A stretch of 64,000 nucleotides of DNA from Selaginella moellendorffii (GCF_000143415.4 NW_003314292.1:471538-535537), one strand, 5' to 3'. Positions 35,501 to 49,011 are shown, counted from the stretch's first letter. Made by a program: numbers and translations. The notes: generated from the sequence alone by a model not told the origin.

Positions 35501-37407
35501 AACAAAGCTGAGTGGCAAGTTTGAGTTAGTTGTCTTCTAGACAAGATTATTTAGTAGAGGGTTGAGCTTTAGCTTTTCCTTGAAAAGTGATTTAGTCGTG
35601 GACTATGCTAACTCTACGAGAAGAAGAGTTAGTGATCGATATTAGAATGTTGAGTCCTTGCTGGATTTGAGTTCGGGATATAGCGATCATTAATGATTCT
35701 TTTTGGGCTTGTTATGAAGTGAGTTATGTCTTGCTATAGATGGATTCATGGAGGATCGTTTAGTGCTCACTTGTTGAGCATAGCTCCATTGTGCTTAGCT
35801 TTTGGATTGATGCAATAATGCTCTTCATTAGCTTTGGCATTATGAAGTTTGGCTTATGGATGTGTTGAAGAAGACATTGTGGGTTGCACTATAATTTCTT
35901 CTTTGGCATTGAAGTTAGCTTCTATGAGACTCGTGATCATTATTAGGCAAGACTTAGCTATAGGCTTCTTCGAGCTTTTGGTTCTTTGAGTTTTCATACT
36001 CATTGTTCCATTTGTCCGGAGTTATTCGGGGAAGGCATTTTTGGCTCTTTAGCTTCAATGTTGAAGTTAGTATTTGCATCTAGCAATCATTGGTGATGAT
36101 TGACTATCATCTAGGATGATTGATTATCCTTGTCAAAAAGTTTTGCTTGATTATTGTTTTTTAGAATGGGTTGCCGTTCTTCGGGATGGTGGATTCCTTC
36201 TTAGACGATGATTATGCATCTCTTTATTGATGGAATGATTGATGATCTTTCATGATGGTTAGTTGTTCTCTTTGATGGCTTATGGCTTTTCGCAATACCA
36301 TATATTCTTTGTGGTTTGCTCTGGATTGGTCTCTTAGGTTTGAGACATCAGCAGGATGTTGCTGACACTTGCTTAGGCAACTTGAGTTCCTTGGTATTGT
36401 TGGCTGGGTTCTATTCAGATTGGCTTTTGTGATAGTTAGCAGGCATGAGTGTTTGTTGGTCTTCCCACATTCATTCTCTTCTGTTGATTATTGCTCGAGT
36501 TAGTTTTGATAGATTTGGATGTTATTTCCTTTGGGTGATACATTTGCGAGCATTGTGCTTGTTAGTCAATGATACTTTGTGTTCTTTGAGTTCTCTTTAG
36601 TAAGTTGTTGGCTTACTGTCTGCTATCTTCAGTAGTTAAGTTTTATCATTGCGTTTACTTGATGATATACTAGCTATTGAATTTTGTTGGATGGTCATTC
36701 CTGTGTTTGCCAAATTATGATGATCTGTTGGTGGTTCCTATCTACAATACTACTGGTTTATCGGATGATAACTTGCTTAGAATACTTTTGTGTTCTACTC
36801 TAAGATATAATCACTAGTAATTAAGCTTCTCAGATATCATTGTCTCTGACTTTGATATTGTCCATCCGTTGATCTTTGAGTTTGGGCCAGTAATGGGCAG
36901 ACTGGCTTCGGCACTTCGTGTGCATGGTGAAATCTCTAGTCATGGGGTAGCTACTGTCGACTGGTCACATAACCCGCCTCTTTGTCGATGGTCCTTATTC
37001 CGTTGAAAGGGCGTGACCGTGTAAAAAACTCTAACTGCCTGTTTACAGTAGTCTATCTAAACCTTACCGACGGGTTTGGTTTCTTTGCTTAGGAGGGTAG
37101 GGGCCTCTGGCTTCTCTCTCTATGTTCCTGCGGGCAGGGCATATCACACTTTTGTAAGCTGGGTGACTCCCAGAGCAGCAGGGGTGGCTGACTCCGTTGG
37201 TCATTTCCTTGTCGACGACGGCCGGAAGGTGTCTGAGCTGGTAGCGCATCCGCGTTAGACAAAGAGGTTACCCCCTAACTCATTTAAGTCGGTGCATTTC
37301 TCACATAGTGTGAGTACCGTGAACTTTTTATGGAGTTGTTTCCTTGGCGGTATTCTAGACTCGAGTATGCATCGACGAGGACGTCGATCTTCCCAAGGGG
37401 GGGAGAG

Positions 37408-38556
37408 TGTCGCGCATGTGACTTCGGGTATCGAAAGTTACCTGTCGGCTAGTCCTTACGGACACTCTTACCTTACTACCACGATGGCAGGAGGTCGGTA
37501 TTGCTGGACCCGTTATCAGTTTCCACCTAAGCTAGTTGAGAAACTGGTCATCACATGTGCACTTAGACCGGAAGGGCACTAAGGAAGGAAATCCTAAGTT
37601 GTCATTTAGTCAAGCAGACTTGACACGGTGATGAGAAACTCATGATGTTGGCTTGCACTTGCTAGTGTTAGGAACCCCCGCGATATTGAGATTGGTCCCT
37701 CAATATCGCTACATGATAGCTTACCGTGTCTGCCAAACACCCTCGCTATCATGCCTTTAGCGTTAGTCTCAATTCGGTCCCAAATGCTATTTATGGAAAG
37801 TGTCTAAATTTGCTCATTTAGCATATCTACGGAATGTAGAGATCGGCTTGAACACAATGGTGTTCGTCCCGTGTCCAAATTCGCAATCTAAGGACATTCC
37901 ATATTTAGTAAGTTTCGAGCTTGTCCCAGAGACTAACTCCTGGTACTAAGGGAGGCTTGGGGTGAAAGCCCAAAGCGTGTGTTCCTCAAGGGGGGGGGGC
38001 TATGGGGGGTTCCAAATGTATAGTAGGGATAGTGGGTAGGTCGGGCATGGCCGACCAACCTGAGGCATAGTCTAGCTCCCGCTTGCGTGCCTGTCCTTGT
38101 TCTGCGTCCGGCTTGGGTCTAAGCCCAAGTTCCATTCCATGCTAGCTAGTGGAGTACCCATATCCTCACGTTAGGCCACCGGTATGCTGAAATAGCGCCA
38201 AACTTCGTTTGGCTCCGTTTTGCGTGCTGGTCCTGGCATTGGGATGCTGGTTGCTCTAGGACTGTTCCAAGTCGCTCCGGGCCTCTGTCCCTTCGCTCCT
38301 TGGGCTATATGCGCGGGAGTTGCTCCGTGGTCCGGTTCCACCACTCCTTGGCGTCACGCTTGGGAGTTTGGCACCGTTCCTTCGTTCAGTGGCCCAAGGC
38401 CCTGAACCTCGGGTTCCTAAGGACACGTGGCATGGACACGTGGCATGTGACACATGGCATCTGTCACGTGGCACAAAGAGGGTTTAGGTTCCGCGTCGTG
38501 GTGTTATCCTATGGTAAATCACCATAGGATAAAGGGTCAAAACCACGTGCGCTACA
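37408..38556 (+). repeat. LTR2 (middle) of family B
   Basis: Near-identical to LTR1. Preceded by PPT, not followed by a PBS. Confidence 0.93.
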
Positions 38557-41500
38557 CCTTTACACGAGTTTGTGCTTGGGCTCGTGAGTGAGGCGCATTA
38601 GCAACTCGAGGTTACACTTTGAGTTGGCAGGATTAATGTTAGCCTATCAGTGGTTCCATGAGTTGTTCCATGTACCATGGGTGAAAATAAACTTTCCCTG
38701 AGTTTGCTATGAGTGGCAAATAGGCTGGTCTGTAGCTCTTTAGCACGGCACTAGTGGATCCTTCCTAGGCATGATTATAAGTGGAACAATTAAGACTATA
38801 GGGATTAGTCTATTGGTTCAAGTAGTCATGGCCGTGCTCTCTCATAAACTTTTCTTGGATTGAACTGAAGGCAGTGCGAAAGCAAGCTTGAGGTTTGGTC
38901 AAAGATGAGACCGAAAAGAGAGTCATCGAGGATGGAGGATCAAATACGTAAATCATGTTCTCTTCTTGGAGAAATGATTTGCAACGAGGTGTGACCCATT
39001 GCTCGTGTTCACATTATGCAATCAAGAGTCCCTATCTTGATGCATGTTAGAGATGGTAGTCTTACAATAGTGAGTTGTGGGATGGATAGCAGTGAAGCGC
39101 TAAACCATTTTGTCTAAGCTTGCTATTGGAAGACTTGGGTTGCAATGCTCAATTCTTTTCTGGGGAACCTTGCTATTGCTCCTTGAGTAGCTTGGTGTTG
39201 GATTAGTGTTGAGTTTGGTCGGAAAGAGAGTGGCATGAGCTTGTCTGTGTTGTGAACAAAAGTTAGCGATGTTGGGTGTTGTAAATCTCTATTGGTGGAG
39301 TGTGGCATTTATGTTGCATTTTATCAAATTGAGTTGGCACTTGATACTCACATAAACCTTTGAAGTAATGACATTGGCATTGCTCGTGGTGTTGCTCAAT
39401 CGATGATCAAGTCATTGTGATTTCTATATCATATCCATGTGATAATGAGCAATGTGTTTACGAAGTTGCTTGGGTAAATGACGATCAACCCCAAAGTGGT
39501 TGATGGAGAAGCTAGTCTACTTGCACGAAGTAGCAGTGTAGTAGCTTTGACTGGATTCTCTATAGCGGTCCATTATGCTAAGCTTAAGTTGGTACCTTGT
39601 TTCCTTAAGTTTGCCCACTAAGGTGTCAGAAAAGGGTTGTAGCATTCATTTGCTATAGCTTGTCGGTTGATCCGTTAGCACTTGGAGTAGATTGTTGGAT
39701 GGAGAAGATGTGGAGTTGGGGCATTGACATCACTAACACTTGTGTTAGTGGAGGTGGCATTGTTATTTCAAGTGATGAGGAAGTTTCCTTAAAGCTTGAT
39801 TTTCCATGTCATTTTTCTTGTCAGTGTTTTGGCTTCACATTGGATCTTGAAGGTGGTTGAAGAAGAGTGTTAGTGCAATGTGGATATCCGAAGATGTGGT
39901 CTTCGTGATCAAGCCTTGGATGTTCATTTTGCACTTTGCGGATGTCAGTGTTGGATATCGGTTAGATGGGCAAAGATGTTCGAGGCTTAAGCATATTTTT
40001 GGATCATGAGAATTTGTGTTGAAGTGAATCTATATGAAGTAGTAGGTAGGCAGAAGTTGGTTGAGTTTTGAAAGTTTGCATTCCTGGATTGAGAGTCATT
40101 CTTTCTCTAGGATGGAAAATTTTCCACAAATTTTCTTAGACTTTTCCAATGGCTGATCTGTTAGTCACTTTGCTCGAAAACCATTCCATTTTCGTAAGCC
40201 AGTACAAACTGTTGAAGAGGGTGGAGTTGGCTTCGGTTGGCTTAAACCTTAGTAGATAGTTTGTATGATGCGGCCTGAAAGGGATACTTACTTTTGGGGC
40301 TAAGGCAATTGAGTTGGATAGAGTCTAGAGTTAGTGTAGAAAAGTGGCCGTTGCACTTTTCTAAGAAGGGTGACTCTTGTGCCTTTCTTTTGTAGCATTA
40401 TGCTCGGTGGCAGGTTGCACCTTGCATTTTGCTAAGACTCTATGAGAGTAGTGAGCTCTCACTGATCTTGACTTAGTCTTGGTAGCCTTGCACCTTGGCT
40501 GAGGATGGTGATGTCCAACTTAGTTGTTTGAGGTTGAGATGTTGGTACCCATACTATAGCTTTGTCTATGAGGAGGTTGTGTACCGATATGAGTCCATCT
40601 TATGGTCTTCACTTTAGTTTCGACTGAGTGTTGATTGCATAGCTAGCCTCTTCAAAGCATGCTCAGAGCTAGTGGCTAAATGTTTTAGTGAGCTTATTGC
40701 GGTTGAGTTGGATTTGAGTGGTCATTTAGTTTGTGCTTGTCTATGAACTTTTATCTCGTACCTGGGGTATCACGTTCATATTGGGCAAGTATATAACTTG
40801 ATGACAAGAGTTGGTGTTTGGGTCTTGTGAAGGCAAGTTGAGAAGTGATTGTTAGTTGCTTTGTGACTAGTGATTACTTGTAGACTTCGTCAAGGACCGT
40901 TGACACTTGCTTTGCTCGATGATGATTTAGCAGTGATGGGCTTGCTTTACCGGATGGTGTTGCGGAGGATCGTGTCATTAGGCTGGCATGGTTTTTCCAT
41001 GTTGGCATGTCAATTCCTTTGTCGATATCATTTGGTTACGTTTGGTCTATAGTGTTGGATTTCATTGAGTCTTGGATGTGGTGATTCACTCCTTGATGAT
41101 GTGTTATCTGTCACTGAGTTTTGCTAAAGGATTGGTCTCGGATACTAAGTATAGTATCTTCGACTTTGGTTAGCTTGGTTGCTAGAAAGCTCTGAGTGGT
41201 GATTCACTCTTGCTTTCTTCTAGCTTTGTCCTGGTGTTAATGGCATTGAAGTGATGCCTTGTCATTGATATTGTTGATATTGAGACTTGAGTGAAATGAA
41301 ATGTCTTTCCTTAGGATTGATATTGAGTTTCATTAGTCTTAATGAAAAGTGTTGATGATTTGGCTTTAGCTTTGTGTTGTTGGCATTCATGCATTTGCTA
41401 GTTAGCAACTGTGTTGACGTTCAAATGAACTGAGTGGCAAGTTAAGTTAGTTGTGTTCTCGATGAGTTTGTTTAGTAAGGGTTGAGCTTTAAGCTTGTCC

Positions 41501-43326
41501 TTGAAAAGTGATTCAGTCGTGGACTATGCTAACTCTACAAGCGAAAGAGTTAGTGATCAACATTGGAAAGTTTGAATCCTTATTGAGTTTGAATTGGAAT
41601 ATATTGATCATTGATGATTCCCCTTATGCTTGTTACGATGTGAGCTACGTCTTGCTATAGATGGATTCATGGAGGATCGATTAGATGATCACTTGTTGAG
41701 CATAACTTCGTTATGCTTAGCTTTCGGATTGATGCAGACATGCTCTTCATTAGCTTTGGCATTATGAAGTTTGGCTTATGGATGTGTTGAGGAAGATATT
41801 GTGAGTTGCATCATGATTTCTTCTTTCACATTGAAGTTAGCTTTTATGAGACTTGTGATCATTATTAGGCAAGACTTGGCTATAGGCTTCTTCGAGCTTT
41901 GGTTCTTTGAGTTTTATGCTCATTGTTCCATTTGTTAGAAGTTGTTGGGGAAGGCATTTTTGGCTCTTTAGCTTTGATGTTGAAGTTAGTATTTGCATCT
42001 AGCAATCATTGGTGATGATTGACTATCATCTAGGATAATTGATTATCCATGTCAAAAAGTTTTGCTTGATTATTGTTGGTATAGAATGGTTTGCCATTCT
42101 TCGGGATGGTGGATTCCTTCTTAAACGATGATTATGCATCTCTTTATTGATGGAATGATTGATGATCTTTCATGATGGTTAGTTGTTCTCTTTGATAGCT
42201 TATGGCTTTTCGCAATACCACATATTCTTTGTGGTTTGCTCTGGATTGGTCTCTTGGGTTTGAGACATCAGCAGGATGTTGCTGACACTTGCTTAGGCAA
42301 CTTGAGTTCCTTGGTATTGTTGGCTGGGATCTATTCAGATTGGCTTTTGTGATAGTTGGCAGGAATGAGTGTCTGTTGGTCTTTCCACATTCATTCTCTT
42401 CTGTTGATTGTTGCTCGAATTAGTTTTGATAGATTTGGATGTTATTTCCTTTGGGTGATACATTCGCGAGCATTGTGCTTGTTAGTCAATGATACTTTGT
42501 ATTCTTTGAGTTCTCTCTAGTAAGTTGTTGGCTTACTGTCTACTATCTTCGGTAGTTAAGTTCCATCATTGAGTTTCCTTGATGATATACTAGCTATTGA
42601 ATTTTGTTGGATGGTCATTCCTGTGTTTGCCAAATTATGATGATGATGGTGGTTCCTATCTACAATACTACTGGTTTATCGGATGATAACTTGCTTAGAA
42701 TACTTTTGTGTTCTACTCTAAGATATAATCACTGATAATTAAATCTCTAAGATATCATTGTTTATGACTTTGGTATAGTCCCTATATATTGATCTTTGAG
42801 TTTGGGCCAGTATAGGCAAACTGGCTTCGGCACTTCGTGTGCATGTTGAAATCTCTAGTCATGGGGTAGCTACTGTCGACTGGTCACATCACCCGCCTCT
42901 CTGTCGCTGTTCCTTATTTTGTTGAAAGGGCGTGACTGTGTAAACAACTCTAACTACCTGTTTATAGTAGTCTATCTAAACCTTACCGACGGGTTTGGTT
43001 TCTTTGCTCAGGAGGGTTGGGGCCTCTGGCTTCTCTCTCTATGTCCCTGCGGGCAGGGCATATCACACTTTTGTAAGCTGGGTGACTCCCAGAGCAGCAG
43101 AGGTGGCTGACTCCGTTGGTCATTTCCTTGTCGGCGACGGCCGGAAGGTGTCTGAGCTGGTAGCGCATCCGCGTTAGACAAAGAGGTTGCCTCCTAACTC
43201 ATTTAAGTTGGTGCATTTCTCACATAGTGTGAGTACCGTGAACTTTTTATGGAGTTGTTTCCTTGGCAGTATTCTAGACTGGAGTATGCATCGACGAGGA
43301 CGTCGATCTTCCCAAGGGGGGGAGAG

Positions 43327-44470
43327 TGTCACGAATGTGACTTCGGGTATCGAAAGTTACTTCTCGGCTAGTCCTTACGGACACTCTTACCTTACTGCCA
43401 CGATGGCAGGAGGTCGGTATTGCTGGACCCGTTATCAGTTTCCCACTTGAGCTAGTTGAGAAACTGGTCAATGACCATGCACTTAGATTGGATAAACATA
43501 AGGTAGGAACCCTATGTGTTTCTTGCTGAGCATACTCGGCCTGGTTTGAGAAACTTGAGTCATTGGCTTGCACTTGCTAGTATCAAGAACCCCCGCGATA
43601 TTGAGATTGGTCCCTCAACATCGCTAGATGATAGCTTACCATGTCTGCCAAACACCCTCGCTATCATGCCCTTTGTGTTAGTCTTAATTCGTCCCAGATG
43701 CTATTTATGGAAAGTGTCCAGATTTGCTCATTTGGCATATCTATGGAATGTAGAGCTTGTCCTGAACACAATGGTGTTCGTCCCGTGTCCAAATTCGCAA
43801 TCTAAGGACATTCCATATTTAGTAAGTTTTGAGCTTATCCCAGAGACTAACTCCTGGTACTAAGGGAGGCTTGGGGTGAAAGCCCAAAGCATGTGTTCCT
43901 CAAGGGGGGGGGCTATGGGGGGTTCCAAATGTATAGTAGGGATAGTGGGTAGGTCGGGCATGGCCGACCAACCTGAGGCATAGTCTAGCTCCCGCTTGCA
44001 TGCCTGTCCTTGTTCTGCGTCCGGCTTGGGTCTAAGCCCAAGTTCCATTCCATGCTAGCTGGTGGAGTACCCATACTCTCACGTTAGGCCACCGGTATGC
44101 CGAAATAGCGCCAGACTCCGTTTGGCTCCATTTTGCATGCTGGTCCTGGCATTGGGATGTTGGTTGCTCCAGGACTGTTCCAAGTCGCTCTGGGCTCCTG
44201 TCCCTTTGCTCCTTGGGCTTTATGCTCGGGAGTTGCTCCGTGGTCCGGTTCCATCACTCCTTGGCTCCACACTTGGGAGTTTGGGCACCGTTTCTTCGTT
44301 CAGTGGCCCAAGGCCCTGAACCTCGGGTTCTTATGGACACGTGGCATAGACACGTGGCATGTGACACATGGCATCTGTCACGTGGCACAAAGAGGGTTTA
44401 GGTTCCGCTTCGTGGTGTTATCCTATGGTAAATCACCATAGGATAAAGGGTCAAAACCACGTGCGCTACA
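43327..44470 (+). repeat. LTR3 of family B (more diverged)
   Basis: Preceded by PPT, followed by the TSD. Differs clearly from LTR1/2 around 43440-43570. Confidence 0.93.
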
Positions 44471-46233
44471 CCATTGTTTCCACCAAAAGCCAAAAAACAT
44501 ATAAAGCATTTTTTATAAGTCATGAAATTACAATTTTCTAAAATAAATAGAAGAGAATTCGTTTTCACCCAATTTGTTACACCCTCTGTCATTGCATTTA
44601 TCTCCAACTTGTGATTATTATCTTCATAATCCTTTCTTTCTTTCTCTTATATAATTTAGTTATGTTATGCAATGGAATGATTATTGTAACTTCTAACTCT
44701 TGAATTACTACTTTGGAAAGAAAAATTACAAGAGTTAAAATTACCAACATTAGAACTCATAAATGTTTGTGTGTATTTCCTTCTTTTTGAATAAAAGTAC
44801 AAATGAAGATCCATAAATTCTAGACACTATATTATAATAAACCCTTCAAAAATGTATTTTAAAGAAAAACTAAGTCTCTCTTTTATATGCAACAAGTTTA
44901 CGTTAATAGTTTTTTTTTTCATTTCAAACGGTTATATAGCCTTACATAGAATCTTATTTCAAATTTAATAATTTTTAATTCTGACAAACCTGACATTTAC
45001 TAGCAAAAAAGCACAAAGTACAAATTTAAGGAAGTGATAAGGATACTTTTTCTGCAAATATTTTAGTTTATGTTCTAACAAACATCTTTATTATAGCATG
45101 TAGTAAATATTCAAATTGTTAGAACAAAAAGTATCCTTTAGAACAATAATGTGTAGAGGGTTCTGAAATTATTAGGTTCCCTATAACTTTAATATTTTAA
45201 AGTTTATAATGTTTGTACTAAATTACAATAAAAAATTGAATTTAACTCATGAAGTCAAAACTCAAGAGTGACCATGCTTCTTATATGATGTGAAGGAAGC
45301 AAGGATGACAAAAAGAAAAATGCACCTTCTAATCCATTTCATTGACTCTTCACTTCTTGCAAGAAGCCTTTCATAGCTGAAGAAGACCGATGCAGATTTG
45401 TCAGTTGTGAGCTTTCAAGCAAATCATATTCATGCACCGGTGGCTACAGATCCACATGGATTTTAAAACTTATGAAGAACCTCCACAACAAAATGCTTAT
45501 GCGGCTGTGGAGAAAAGAAGCTCTCGTCAAGTCCTATCCCTGTAAAACAACTCCATAAGAAACATACCATGCAAAATGATGGCAGACTGAAACAAAGTTT
45601 TACACTGTCCTATCTGGCTACGAGCAAGCAGCTTACAAGATTCTTCGCACCTATTGAAGACTGCACAAGCATTCTTCTTTGCTCCGAAGAGAAAGTGAAT
45701 CCTTGCAGAGAATCGCTGCAGCATCGTTGATGTCAGAATAAGATCTTAAAAGCTATTAAAGTCAAGAGATAAACCCTAGATGTTCTGTGCGATGCTTTAT
45801 CCTGAGAGCAAACTTGTCGTGATGAATCCGAAGATAACCAAAAATCTTTAAAATTCTACCAGCATTTGGCGCGGCTGAAACGTTGAGTACTTAAAGTTTC
45901 CTTTTCCGCCCGTTCAGCATGCCGGGTAAAGGGGATCTAAAGCGCAAAGTTTTAGATTCATTCCCGCTAGATTGTAACCTATCTGAATGAAAAATAAAAT
46001 TGCGACAAAGAGAAGTACCAATGCTTATCAATGAATTCATGAGTAGCGTTATGAGTAATGTTGACGAGCCATTTCATCGGTTAGATCGTCCTGGAGTCGC
46101 CATTCGAAACATAAATAGTTTCGAAAAATCACAGCCTTCAGATTTGGTCCCATCCTTATAAAAAAAGGTTATATCCCTATAAAAAGGGAGAATTCCTTCA
46201 TGTGATTTAGGGTTTACATCAGAAAGGAAAAGC

Positions 46234-46650
46234 ATGGATATGAGTTTCTTCTGGCGGATCAAGTTCACACTTCTCTTCCCAAGCTGGGTGCCCGATAGTC
46301 CAGTCAACTACGCGTTCATGCTCATGTTGACTGCGGGGCTCGGAGCTCTCCACGAATGGATTGCTCACAAGAACTGGATGATTCTCACTGCCTATTCCAC
46401 GCCAGAACCCATCATGGGCAAGGATCCGCAGAGAGACTACCCCAAGCAACATGACGACGCGATACTGGTTGCGGTGTTGATGCATGGCGCCTATGTGACC
46501 ACGAGCTACTTGCTAATGATGATGGCTATGTCGTTCAACGCAGGGATCTTCATTGCAATCACTGTGGGATTGTGCATTGGATTCTACGCCATCTGGCCCC
46601 TGGAATCGTCAAATCGTGCCAGGATTGTGCCAGGGCCAGCATCTTGTTAG
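46234..46650 (+). CDS. COPT: Ctr/COPT copper transporter, copy 1 (138 aa, intronless)
   Basis: MDMSFFW...LLFPSW...; TM2 with SYLLMMMAMSFN (MxxxM); TM3 with GLCIG (GxxxG). Confidence 0.9.
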   Translation: MDMSFFWRIKFTLLFPSWVPDSPVNYAFMLMLTAGLGALHEWIAHKNWMILTAYSTPEPIMGKDPQRDYPKQHDDAILVAVLMHGAYVTTSYLLMMMAMSFNAGIFIAITVGLCIGFYAIWPLESSNRARIVPGPASC

Positions 46651-47849
46651 AGAATTAAGATTAAGATATTTCTATCTAATCATGGGTTTAAATTATAAAC
46701 ATTCTCATAGCTTAAAAACTTATGAATTATTATTATTATTTATATAACAAAATCAAGGCTTGGCACTCACTCAGATAATTCTCCTTACTGATGGATTCAT
46801 TAAACTTACAGTAGAGATGCCAGAACCGTTTCTGGGTTTCAAAATGAAATTTAGTTGCAACAAGCCTTAGATATCAGTCTAGGATTCTAAGGGATTTTAG
46901 AGATTGCGTCCCTTGAACAAAAGTTGCCAAGAACGGGGAAGAAACACAGCGGTTCCATGGCTTTCATGACTTGAGAGGCAAGTTGACGCACCGACTTGAT
47001 GATGAGAAACACCCATGAAGGCCTTCTCGTAGTTGTGTAGAGCCAGCATTGTCCTCAAGTACTTGAGCTGAGAAACCATCTCCCAGGACTCTAAATCCGA
47101 TTCAATAGTGGCCCTAGCATATGAATCTCCATTGCTTTCAAATCGGGGACCTGGAACTTACAAAGAACTACTTCATTTCTTTCTATATCACCTTTTGCAG
47201 ATCATTTTCGATTGATGGTGGTGAGTCCATCAAATGTGGGACTCAAACATTTATGCCTCTACAACTGGGACTCAAGCTATAGTATCATATAGCCACATTT
47301 CAATGGGTATTTTTTAGGCTTCCAAGAGACTAGGAGAGAGGTCTTAGAAATATAAGTATTTTGTTCTTATATATTTAAAATAGCAAAGGCCTTATATTCC
47401 AATCTAAATTTGGATCTAATAAGGTTTCTTTCTATCAAGAGCCTTTAGCTAGCTTTCTTTCTATTTATACCTTCGGGGACCTCGGATCCCAAAGCAGCAG
47501 TACTCTGAGTTGAAAGCCTCCCCACTGCGCTACAGTTCCACCCAAGCATCCCACCACTTCCTGTAGCGTTTCTCATCCGGCATTCCCTCATTGCTCCGGC
47601 AGTGTGTGGGAACGTCTTTGACCGGGAAACTTAACGCAACGAAGAAGAGCCGAGAAGCTCCTGGAAAACCCTGCCGGAATCACGAGAGCCCGAATACCGG
47701 GGCTTGAATTATTTCCCCTTGGTGAGTCCCTAAACATGCTCTTTGCAACAAAAGACTATTTAAACGAGGAACTTACTAGTGTGCAGCACAAAATTAATGC
47801 AAGCACTAAAGAGAGCCAGGGCTCCTTACACACTCACAAGGCGGACCTC

Positions 47850-48764
47850 TCAACATTTTTTCCCTTCCAGTAGAGTGACGAGCTGCCCAAGAAAAACACA
47901 TGCTCCACCAATTGACGCCACAATGGAAATCCAGAAATGTCCGTCGTGGTGTTCGACCGTGTCGCTGTAGAACACCCAAAGAAGAGCGGCTATGGTGTTG
48001 AGCATTGATGAAACCATGAACCTTGGCTCCGTGGTGAAGCCCAACTCTGCCCCTTCCCCCCACACGCCGACATACCAGCGTGCCCACGAAGCAAACGACC
48101 TCATGAGAAACGGGAGACCCCAGAAGATGCCATACGAGACGGCCAAAGCATTGTAAGCCCAGCCGTGGGGGTCATGACGGAAAGCTCGTCCAAAGATCGA
48201 TGGAACAACACACGCGATGATGTAAAGAATGGGTGTGGCAATCCCCCTCACGAATTTCGGTAGCGACTTCCTGGTGATGGCGAGCTGAGCGGCAGAGATG
48301 CCGTAGGCGAGAGCTGTGAAGGTCGCGCTCCAGCGACAGAAAGCCGACCACTCCGCCATGGTGAAGATCCACTTTTCAGTGGTCGCCAGGAAGTTGAGAA
48401 AGCCCAATGACGCCGAGCACAGTAGCACGAAGCATCCTGGCGCTAGGCCCGCTGAAGCTGGCGGTCGACGAGGGTAGTCGTAAGCGATCAAGACAACCGG
48501 GACGCTCGCGAGGAAAGACGCGACACTAGAGCCGGTGCCGATCCAAAACCCGCTTGCCGATGGCGATGGCGGTGGCGATGGCGATGGCGATGGCGATGGG
48601 GTTGCCGATGCCGATGCCGATGCCGATGCAGCGCTTGCCGCCGAGAGATTCTGCTCGAAGATCGATCCGCGCTGCCGAGGAGGCGGGGGAGGAGATCTCT
48701 CGAGCCATAGCCGCAGAATGGAGACACAAGACACGAGAAGGAAGAGAACGAGAATCGACCTCAT
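47850..48764 (-). CDS. Multi-pass membrane protein (304 aa), possibly a very divergent SWEET/MtN3-PQ-loop member, with an N-terminal hydrophobic segment and Pro/Ser linker
   Basis: Intact GC-rich ATG-initiated ORF with about 7 hydrophobic segments after the linker. The C-terminal PRFMVSSMLNTIAALLWVFYS...DGHFWISIVASIGGACVFLGQLVTL resembles SWEET TM6-7. Confidence 0.55.
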   Translation of the reverse strand: MRSILVLFLLVSCVSILRLWLERSPPPPPRQRGSIFEQNLSAASAASASASASATPSPSPSPSPPPSPSASGFWIGTGSSVASFLASVPVVLIAYDYPRRPPASAGLAPGCFVLLCSASLGFLNFLATTEKWIFTMAEWSAFCRWSATFTALAYGISAAQLAITRKSLPKFVRGIATPILYIIACVVPSIFGRAFRHDPHGWAYNALAVSYGIFWGLPFLMRSFASWARWYVGVWGEGAELGFTTEPRFMVSSMLNTIAALLWVFYSDTVEHHDGHFWISIVASIGGACVFLGQLVTLLEGKKC

Positions 48765-49011
48765 CCTCCTCTCCTCCGGAGCTAGGGCTCAAGAAAACGC
48801 GGCTCCGATCGAGGAAAGGCCTGAGCTTTGGCCGCGAATTTGCCACTCGAAGCATCAAGAAAACGCGGCTGCCGCGGCATTTCAAATCAAAGGCCTTGGC
48901 GAATTTGCAACTATAGAGGCAATGTAGGTCAATCAAGCGACGCAAGAGGGCTGGAAACAACGAGCGCCTAGAGAGACCTCGGCCTCCGGTAAGATTTTTC
49001 TCTTCTCGAGT

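Larger units (their letters stand above)
31390..44470 (+). mobile_element. Non-autonomous LTR retroelement complex (LARD-like, family B): LTR-internal-LTR-internal-LTR
   Basis: Three ~1.15-kb TG...CA LTRs. PBS TGGTATCAGAG (tRNA-iMet) after LTR1. PPT AAGGGGGGGAGAG before LTR2 and LTR3. Perfect 5-bp TSD CCATT at 31385-31389 and 44471-44475. No long ORFs inside. Confidence 0.93.
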
